Assembly (NCBI GenBank): GCA_937982115.1
Contig: CALJNE010000009.1
Span: 24,582-88,581, forward strand
Direction of reading: 5' to 3'
DNA from: an uncultured Bacteroidales bacterium
Lineage (GTDB): Bacteria; Bacteroidota; Bacteroidia; Bacteroidales; ML635J-15
Length of the DNA stretch: 64,000 bases
In this document: piece after piece, positions 57,581-64,000 of the stretch
How the letters are laid out: each line of letters opens with the position of its first letter
Numbering within the stretch: position 1 is the first letter of the stretch
The notes under the pieces: generated by a model
What the model saw: the letters and a program-made list of their open reading frames with translations, nothing else
What the model was told of the DNA's origin: nothing
Databases searched by the model: none
Program-made: the position numbers and the translations under genes

Positions 57581-57651
57581 TCAATTACATCAATTAACTG
57601 AGTTTTCCCTCCTGCCCACTTCAAAAAAGGTTTTGCTGAAATTTTATTCAT
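57496..57651 (-). pseudogene. Dam-family adenine methyltransferase N-terminal fragment (51 codons), out of frame with the downstream motif-I segment
   Basis: ATG 57651. MNKISAKPFLKWAGGKTQLIDVIEK.. matches the Dam/DpnM N-terminus. The frame is lost at or near the A4 run (57581-57578). Adding one A would give ..IEKGFTKFVYDSNFTFIEPFVGSG. Confidence 0.65.
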
Positions 57652-57707
57652 GAAATTTATTTTCTTATTTTTTTTTTATTCAAGCAAATATACAAATTTT
57701 TAAGGCT

Positions 57708-57746
57708 AAAAAAATAACCCCCAAATAAATTCTGGAGGTTATTTTT
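57708..57746. terminator. Bidirectional hairpin terminator downstream of the giant T9SS cargo gene
   Basis: Stem taaccccca/tggaggtta (one mismatch) flanked by A7 on the left and T5 on the right. Confidence 0.55.
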
Positions 57747-57763
57747 CTTGATTGAATTTAAAA

Positions 57764-60700
57764 CTACTTCTTAACAATCTTATGCAGAATGTGGTTGTTT
57801 TTACCAAAAACTTTTAAAATATAAGTTCCGGAACTTAAATCAGGCAAATCAATTGTCAGATTATCGGATTGAATTTCTGTTTCAAAAACTATTCTGCCTG
57901 TAATATCAGTAATACTGAGTTTTTCGTAACCGCCCGAATAAGCATTTTCAATTTTTATGTTAGTATCAAAAGGATTTGGATAAATCAAAATAGCAGCTCC
58001 ATTTTCGGTAATATTTACTGCCGGATATACTTCAATGGTAAAAATACAATTTCCGATACAACCAGTATTTGGGTTTTGATAGTAATAATAGATTTCATGA
58101 ACGCCAATTCCGGCAGCAAGAGGATCAAATTCCGTAACAGTTTCATTATTAAACACATACCATCCACCTTGAGGACTTGCTCCGGTTAATTCAAAAACTC
58201 CGCCATAGTATGAAACTAATTGATTTTCGGGGCATTCCACAACAGGAATCGGATAAACTAAAACATTGAAACTGCATGAAAAATTTCCATAAGTATAAGT
58301 TATTTGATGATAACCGGGATTTACTGCATTGGGATTGAAAACTCCGGAAACGACACCATTTCCGGAATATACCCCTCCTTCAGGACTTGCTCCGGTTAAC
58401 ACTACAGGTTCAGAATTCTTACATACGGAAAATCCTTCAGGACATGTTACTGTTACAGGTTCATACACATTTATAATAAACGAGCAAGAATTTTCACACA
58501 ATTCACCATAAACATAAGTAATTTCGTGCTGTCCGATTCCGGTTTGAGCAGGATCAAACATTGTGGTCTGGATCCCGTTATAAAAGTAAGTTCCGCCTTG
58601 TGGATAAGCTCCCGACAAGGTAAAGGAAGCAGAATTTACCGCAATGCTGATATTCCCGGGACAGCTTACTTCAGGAATAGTATTTACAATTATTTCATAA
58701 CTGCATGTACCGGTTTGTGTTTGATAAATTACCGTATGCGAACCTGCACCGTATTGTGAAGGATTAAAACTTGTAACCGGACTGCCATTTATAAAATAAG
58801 TTCCGCCAACAGGTGTTGCTCCGCTTAAAGTAAAAGAATTGCCATTTTCACACACATAAACATTCAAAGGACACTGAACTGCAGGTTCAACCTGAATTGT
58901 AAAATTACAGGACGCACTGCAAGAATTTGGATCAGTATAAGTATAGGTTACTGTATAATTACCAACACCATAAATGTCTGGATCGAAATTACTTACTGTA
59001 ACACCATTGATAGTAAAAACTCCTCCACCCGGAGAAACCGCTAATCCTGATAAATTCAATGGGTTATCATTTACATTCATAAGTAAATTCCCCGGACATG
59101 TTACAACAGGAGGATTTACTACATTTATGTAAAACTGACATGACTGTGAGTTGTAAGTATAGCTTATAAGTTTTTGTCCTACACCGGCAATTGAAGGATA
59201 GAAAACTCCATCAACTACTCCAGTTCCCGAATAAACTCCGCCCGGAGGTGTTCCTCCTTGCAGAATCACACTGTTAACATTCGAACAAACCGAAAAGTTT
59301 GAGGGGCATTCAACTACATCGGGTTGATATACGCTTACAATAAAACTGCAAGTATTTGAACATAATGTAGTTGGATTTGTATATGAATATTGAACAATAT
59401 AATCTCCTACTCCATAGGTTGATGGGTTAAATGTGCTAATCACATTAGAATTTAATCTGTATTGACCACCAACTGGACTTGCTCCGGTTAAAGTAAATTC
59501 CGGATCGGTAATTTGCTTGTAAATATTTGCTGGACAACTTACGGTTGGCAGTGGATTTACCGTAATACTGAACTGACAGCTTTCTGTTTCGAGAGTGTAA
59601 GAGATAGTATGTACCCCAACTCCTGCAAATGCGGGATTAAAAACACCTCCAGCCACTCCAGTTCCTGTGTATATTCCTCCTACAGGACTAGCACCTGTTA
59701 AAGCAAATGCGGGCTCAGAAATACAAACTGAATAATTAGAAGGACAATCAGGCACTACCGGTGGATTTAAGGCTCTAACACCATCCGATGTCCGAACATT
59801 ACTATATAATCCTGCATTATTATGTGCTTTCACACTAACATAATACATTGTTCCCGGAATGAGAGTAACAGAATTATTTGTGAAAGAAAGATTTAATCCA
59901 TTATTTGTCCAGTTAATCAGTTCTGTACCACCGGGAGTAGTTCCAACAGCATAATAATAAGCCTGAATTCCGCTTTGTGGGTCGGAACTTGCTGTCCAGT
60001 TAGCTGAAATGCTGTTGGAAACATAAGTTGTATCAATATCAGCTCCTAATCCATCGTTTACAGTAGCAACCATCACTGGTGCTGTCCAATCAGTTTTTAT
60101 TGATTGCTGAGCAATAGCACTAATATTTTTTGCAGAATCTGAAACAATGGAATATATTTTTGCAGAATATGAAGTTGAATTTGGACTCTGATATCTTATG
60201 TCGGAGTTAGCATCCCCCATAGAAATAGTTACATCAGGATATCTTGTTCTGAAAACTCTGAAATTATCAACCGACATTAAGGAATTTCCCGAACGGAACG
60301 AAACATAATCTCCTGTTTGATAGGGATTTTCATCCTTATATTCTCCCACAAGGACATTATTCATATAGACATAATGCTCGCCGGTAATTCTGTCGCAAAC
60401 AAGTTTTATATTGTACCATTGTCCAAGGTTCAACGAAATATTATAATATTTTTCGAGTGAGAAGACATTATCGGTTACTTTATAGAATTCTAATTGTTGT
60501 GAAGTGTGTCTGAACCAGATAAAATATCCGTTTCCTCTGTTTGTTTGAGTGGGATCAGATGCAAAATAATGAAATCCTCCTCTTCTATTAGTTCCAGAAC
60601 CTTCAATTTTTAAATCAAATTCATATAAGTATCTGTTGGATAAATTTTGTTTGAGGTATGCCCAAATATTGGTATTTCCCTCAGATTCGTTAGTTTGTAC

Positions 60701-62968
60701 AAGAGCTCCGTTTGAAATAGTCCATGTTCCAACCTGCTGAGTCCATTCAGCTCCGATTTCTGAATCAAAATTATTGTAAGCAAAACCGCGTTCGGCATTA
60801 GCTGTCCATTTTGTACCATTAAAATCCGATACCGAATAAAATCTTTTTTCTATTCCGCTTAATTCATCACTGTCATTGAAATTAATCTGGAAATTTGAAG
60901 TCTGCCATTCTCCGCTGACATTAAAACTTGTTTGCGGATTTGTAAAATCAGTAAATATGTTTTCGGCATAACTTGTTGACCAATTATTATTGTTGTCTAT
61001 TAATAAAGTTCTGATTCTACCGGCTTCCTGTGAAGAAGAGGCACTTTGATATCTGATTTCTTTTGAGGTATTAAGTCCTGCAGTTACATTAACACTTGTA
61101 GTACGGTTCACATAAACTTTCACGTCATCGTATTCAGCCTGACATTCTCCTGCTCTAAGCGAAATAGCAGTTCCTGAGGTAAATGGAGATGAATCAGTAG
61201 TTGTGGCCGCAAGAATATTATCAACGTAAACGTCTATTTTTCCTGTATTGGTATTTAGTACCACCTTAACATCATACCATTGATTAACATTAATTGTGAA
61301 ATTTTGTGTTACATAATATCCTCCACCTGAAGAATATGAATTATTTACATATTTATAAATCTGAACGGTATTATTATCTGCCCTGAGATATACCATATAA
61401 GAGTTACCTCTTCCGTCAGCAGCCGGGTCGGAACAGAAAAAATGCATACCTGCTCTTCGATTTGTTCCTGTTCCGGAAATTTTCATTTGCCAGTGGTAAA
61501 GATAGATATTTCCACTTTGTTGTGTTACATTGGCATAAATGTTTGTGTTTACTAAGCTTTGATTAGATTGCAATAATCTTCCTCCCGAAATACTCCATGT
61601 TCCGCTGACAGTTGTCCATTCCGTATGAATTGCAGAAGTAAAATTGTCGTTGAAAAACCCACGTGAAGAATTTGCACGCCATTCAGTGCCATTATAATCC
61701 ATTACTTGATAAAAGCTATGTTTTACACCTGTTCCGCCAACATTATCAGCATCAGAAAAGTTTACAAAAAAATCTGAATTATACCATTTTCGAGATTTAT
61801 TTATTTCTGTTGTTGGAGGAATATTATCTGTAGGTGTAGTACAATCATCTATTATTTGTTTTGTTTGGGTTCTAATATTTGGTAAAAGAGCGTACAAAGC
61901 ATTACCTGGACAGGTAGTTCCTCCGGGATTTACATCTTTGTGCCCGCAAATTCGCGGTAGAGTTATCCATTGAGTTCCGGCTTGATTTAAAATAGATACA
62001 GAACTTAAAGGATCGTAACTTTTATGGTCATACCACCACGCTAAAAACTCTGCGCATTTTTGCAATTGAGGTGTAGTTGGTGCAGTTCCAGGAGCATCAC
62101 TATTTCCCAAAAAATTCAACCCAATGGAATATGAATTAGAATACCCGGCATGTGCTCCTTTTACATCTTGATTTGGAAGATTAGGATTATGACGTCCCTG
62201 ATAAAAGTTCCCGTATTTATCAAATAAATAATTATATCCAATATCACTCCAACCATTGCTGTTTACATGATAATTCCAATATGATCTCACTACTGCAGCT
62301 CCATCAGTGTAAGAATCCGGGCTTGCCCCATGATGTATAACTGTATGAGTACAACTTGTAAGATAGGTAGGAGTATAATTAGGATTATGACAATTTTGAT
62401 AAGAACCGCACCATGATGATCTTGGAATTATAACCGGAAACTCCGGGCAGGATTTCGCTCCATTAAGTTCTTCTTCCCCTGACTTAAAATTAAGTTCAGA
62501 AGTCGGTTTTACATTTAATAAAATAAGATAAACCTCGGTAATATAATCTGATTCCGGAGGAAAAATATAAAACTCGACCGAATCGTGCTCAAATTCATTA
62601 AATCCGAACATTAGGTCGGATTTATAAAAATTATCTTTTGTGTCTTTTGGATTATAATGTCCGTCAGAATATTTCCAATCGCTCCAACCTGTTTTATTCT
62701 GATATACTCGATATGCAATTTCGTAATTTCCTGCATCCCAAGAGCCTACTCCAGATTTCCAGCCCAAAGCAAGCGAAGTATATGCAACCGGGGTTTTTAA
62801 CTTTAGCCCATAAGCTCCATTAGCTTCGGAATAAATCTCGCTCTCAATTTTATAACAAACCAGCAAATCATCTCCTGTTCGTACTGAATAAAACTCTTTT
62901 AAAACTTCTTGTGAATAAACGTAAAAGAACAGATTAATAAAAATCAATGTGTAAATGACTCTTCTCAT
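57764..62968 (-). CDS. Giant T9SS-secreted multidomain protein: N-acetylmuramoyl-L-alanine amidase (PGRP/Amidase_2) + 2x LamG-like modules + FN3-like + 8 Cys-framed repeats + T9SS C-terminal sorting domain
   Basis: 1734 aa from ATG 62968 (signal peptide MRRVIYTLIFINLFFYVYSQ; the track uses TTG 63001). Amidase_2 motifs are THTVIHHGAS, GWSDIGYNYLF, GAHAGYSNSYSIGL and ICGHKDVNPGGTTCPG. See the separate repeat and CTD features. Confidence 0.8.
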   Translation of the reverse strand: MRRVIYTLIFINLFFYVYSQEVLKEFYSVRTGDDLLVCYKIESEIYSEANGAYGLKLKTPVAYTSLALGWKSGVGSWDAGNYEIAYRVYQNKTGWSDWKYSDGHYNPKDTKDNFYKSDLMFGFNEFEHDSVEFYIFPPESDYITEVYLILLNVKPTSELNFKSGEEELNGAKSCPEFPVIIPRSSWCGSYQNCHNPNYTPTYLTSCTHTVIHHGASPDSYTDGAAVVRSYWNYHVNSNGWSDIGYNYLFDKYGNFYQGRHNPNLPNQDVKGAHAGYSNSYSIGLNFLGNSDAPGTAPTTPQLQKCAEFLAWWYDHKSYDPLSSVSILNQAGTQWITLPRICGHKDVNPGGTTCPGNALYALLPNIRTQTKQIIDDCTTPTDNIPPTTEINKSRKWYNSDFFVNFSDADNVGGTGVKHSFYQVMDYNGTEWRANSSRGFFNDNFTSAIHTEWTTVSGTWSISGGRLLQSNQSLVNTNIYANVTQQSGNIYLYHWQMKISGTGTNRRAGMHFFCSDPAADGRGNSYMVYLRADNNTVQIYKYVNNSYSSGGGYYVTQNFTINVNQWYDVKVVLNTNTGKIDVYVDNILAATTTDSSPFTSGTAISLRAGECQAEYDDVKVYVNRTTSVNVTAGLNTSKEIRYQSASSSQEAGRIRTLLIDNNNNWSTSYAENIFTDFTNPQTSFNVSGEWQTSNFQINFNDSDELSGIEKRFYSVSDFNGTKWTANAERGFAYNNFDSEIGAEWTQQVGTWTISNGALVQTNESEGNTNIWAYLKQNLSNRYLYEFDLKIEGSGTNRRGGFHYFASDPTQTNRGNGYFIWFRHTSQQLEFYKVTDNVFSLEKYYNISLNLGQWYNIKLVCDRITGEHYVYMNNVLVGEYKDENPYQTGDYVSFRSGNSLMSVDNFRVFRTRYPDVTISMGDANSDIRYQSPNSTSYSAKIYSIVSDSAKNISAIAQQSIKTDWTAPVMVATVNDGLGADIDTTYVSNSISANWTASSDPQSGIQAYYYAVGTTPGGTELINWTNNGLNLSFTNNSVTLIPGTMYYVSVKAHNNAGLYSNVRTSDGVRALNPPVVPDCPSNYSVCISEPAFALTGASPVGGIYTGTGVAGGVFNPAFAGVGVHTISYTLETESCQFSITVNPLPTVSCPANIYKQITDPEFTLTGASPVGGQYRLNSNVISTFNPSTYGVGDYIVQYSYTNPTTLCSNTCSFIVSVYQPDVVECPSNFSVCSNVNSVILQGGTPPGGVYSGTGVVDGVFYPSIAGVGQKLISYTYNSQSCQFYINVVNPPVVTCPGNLLMNVNDNPLNLSGLAVSPGGGVFTINGVTVSNFDPDIYGVGNYTVTYTYTDPNSCSASCNFTIQVEPAVQCPLNVYVCENGNSFTLSGATPVGGTYFINGSPVTSFNPSQYGAGSHTVIYQTQTGTCSYEIIVNTIPEVSCPGNISIAVNSASFTLSGAYPQGGTYFYNGIQTTMFDPAQTGIGQHEITYVYGELCENSCSFIINVYEPVTVTCPEGFSVCKNSEPVVLTGASPEGGVYSGNGVVSGVFNPNAVNPGYHQITYTYGNFSCSFNVLVYPIPVVECPENQLVSYYGGVFELTGASPQGGWYVFNNETVTEFDPLAAGIGVHEIYYYYQNPNTGCIGNCIFTIEVYPAVNITENGAAILIYPNPFDTNIKIENAYSGGYEKLSITDITGRIVFETEIQSDNLTIDLPDLSSGTYILKVFGKNNHILHKIVKK
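57767..58012 (-). other. T9SS C-terminal sorting domain (CTD) of the giant protein
   Basis: The last 82 aa read ..AILIYPNPFDTNIKIE...LSITDITGRIVFETEIQ...IDLPDLSSGTYILKVFGKN..., a canonical Por secretion tail pattern. Confidence 0.85.
58013..59746 (-). repeat. Intragenic array of 8 Cys-framed ~70-76-aa repeats organised as (A-B) x 4
   Basis: Every repeat starts CP and contains L(T/S)GA.P.GG.Y. A-type repeats have C-x6-C near the start and SC.F near the end. B-type repeats end in C-x3-C-x-F. Boundaries were computed from the protein positions (aa 1086-1663 of the 1745-aa track ORF). Confidence 0.8.
60077..61813 (-). repeat. Intragenic tandem duplication of a ~290-aa module containing a LamG/concanavalin-like jelly roll
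   Basis: aa ~397-685 align with aa ~686-975. Shared strings include NF(S/N)D.D..(G/S)G..K.FY.V.D.NGT.W.AN..RGF, GTW.IS.G.L.Q.N.S..NTNI, YLY...KI.G.GTNRR.G.H.F.SDP...RGN.Y and QWY..K.V. Confidence 0.7.
61874..62434 (-). other. PGRP/Amidase_2 catalytic domain of the giant protein
   Basis: aa ~190-376 of the track ORF. Candidate Zn ligands are present: His in VIHHG, and His and Cys in GHKDVNPGGTTCPG. Confidence 0.7.
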
Positions 62969-63148
62969 AATGTATTTTTTTGATTTTTTGGCAATATACA
63001 AAATTTTAAAAATACAACAATGTTAAAATTCAATTTTTTAGATATAACAACGTTTTTCATTACATATTATAATGTTTTTTGATATTTTTCAACATCGTGT
63101 TTAACCTGTCATATCGAATAAATAATTCATAATTTTTAAGAATTTAAC

Positions 63149-63156
63149 TATGTTTG
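63149..63156 (+). promoter_or_regulatory. -7 box TAnnTTTG upstream of the 63178 gene
   Basis: tatgtttg lies 22 nt before the ATG. Confidence 0.4.
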
Positions 63157-63177
63157 TACTAAATTTTTAAGATTTTG

Positions 63178-63600
63178 ATGAAGGCAAAAAAAATAAAACT
63201 CTCTCCGGATTTCGATTTTGAAATAATTGGAATTTCAAGTTCAGCTTATGACTATCAAATTGCATGGGAGTTAACACAATTATTTGAATTTGAATTTGAA
63301 AAATCTTCTGATATAACCATTATAGATGAAAAATACAGCGAATATCAAGTGTTCAATGTGTTTGAAGTAAAAAATGAAGAAGATGAATGTTTAGCAAAAC
63401 TAATTTCCAATAAAGCAAATAACATTGGTTATCTTTGCGATGAGCTAAAAAACATTGATTTCTTTTTATTAATTTTCGATAATAATAAATTTCCGGAAAT
63501 AAATGAATTGAAGAAAGAACTAAAAAAATCAAAAAATATTAGCGCAGTTTTTATCTTTGATATTGAAAACATAAAGTCAAAAGAAAAATTTATTTTTTAA
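63178..63600 (+). CDS. Small conserved Bacteroidota protein, IPExxxVDY-family-like
   Basis: 140 aa. LCDELKNIDFFLLIF occupies the place of the family's IPExxxVDY motif, and the N-terminus FDFEIIGISSS..DYQIAWEL is typical. The assignment is from memory. Confidence 0.45.
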   Translation: MKAKKIKLSPDFDFEIIGISSSAYDYQIAWELTQLFEFEFEKSSDITIIDEKYSEYQVFNVFEVKNEEDECLAKLISNKANNIGYLCDELKNIDFFLLIFDNNKFPEINELKKELKKSKNISAVFIFDIENIKSKEKFIF

Positions 63601-63602
63601 AC

Positions 63603-64000
63603 ATGGGAATAATAACTCGACAATCAATAAAGGGCACAATATATTCTTATATTGGTGTGATTTTGGGGTTTATCAATGTAGGGTTATTAATGCCACATAT
63701 ATTCTCAACGGAGGAAATCGGATTGGTAAATCTTTTAGTTGCTCTTTCGGCAATTATCGGCCAATTTGGAACTCTTGGAATGATGAACGTTACAATCCGG
63801 CAGTTCCCGTTTTTCAGAGATAAAGAAAAAAAGCACAACGGATTTTTGTTTTTATTAATGTCGGTTGGGCTATTTGGTTTTTTATTATCGGCACTCGGCT
63901 ATTATGCTTCTAAAGACTGGCTTATAGAAACTAACATAGAAAAATCACCATTATTTGCAGAATATGTTTATCTTTTGCTCCCGCTAATTTTTGCCACAAT
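63603..64000 (+). CDS. MOP-superfamily polysaccharide biosynthesis/flippase protein, 5' part only (runs off right edge)
   Basis: ATG 63603 opens a frame with no stop to 64000, so it is absent from the track. MGIITRQSIKGTIYSYIGVILGFINVGLLMPHIFSTEEIGLVNLLVALSAIIGQF.. looks like a typical Wzx/polysaccharide-biosynthesis N-terminus. Confidence 0.6.
   Translation, partial: MGIITRQSIKGTIYSYIGVILGFINVGLLMPHIFSTEEIGLVNLLVALSAIIGQFGTLGMMNVTIRQFPFFRDKEKKHNGFLFLLMSVGLFGFLLSALGYYASKDWLIETNIEKSPLFAEYVYLLLPLIFAT

Noticed and set aside
58013-59746. Periodic ~200-nt repeats as a possible CRISPR or satellite array
   Set aside because: They are in-frame protein repeats within one long ORF. They are diverged at the DNA level and have no spacer/repeat architecture.

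Overview
AT-rich (roughly one-third G+C by eye) chromosomal segment of a Bacteroidota-type bacterium. The assignment rests on T9SS parts, a T9SS C-terminal sorting domain, TAnnTTTG -7 promoter boxes before many genes, and standard code 11. I support about 50 protein genes, 3 tRNAs (His-GTG, Glu-TTC, Gly-CCC), several hairpin terminators, and two internally repetitive coding arrays. I saw no rRNA, CRISPR array, transposase or integrase. Most genes are housekeeping: pssA, purS, kdsD, recQ, cmk, ispH, pfkA, priA, yebC, lepA, mutL, purD, holA and gmhB. Five regions stand out. (1) At the left edge a PorV-family barrel gene is followed by a >1279-codon C25 PorU-like peptidase ORF. The ORF is missing from the supplied track because it runs off the window. 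(2) At 34.8-44.1 kb lies a co-directional glycan locus: polytopic membrane protein, MOP flippase, polyprenyl-phosphate-type GT2, a TM-anchored protein with duplicated beta-sandwiches, a GH16-like lipoprotein, and a two-component system. (3) At 55.2-57.7 kb lies a thoroughly decayed GATC-type (MboI/DpnII-like) restriction-modification islet. Every gene is damaged: an in-frame TGA inside a perfect palindrome, a startless ORF with TAA plus frameshift, and a Dam-N-terminus::endonuclease chimera with a frameshift. (4) At 57.8-63.0 kb a 1734-aa T9SS cargo combines an apparently catalytically complete PGRP/Amidase_2 domain, a duplicated LamG-like module, an FN3-like domain, a (A-B)x4 Cys-framed repeat array and a T9SS CTD. 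(5) A tRNA-His has two U-U acceptor-stem mismatches and a decayed copy of its own T-arm just downstream. I cannot run searches, so every family assignment comes from motif recognition by eye.
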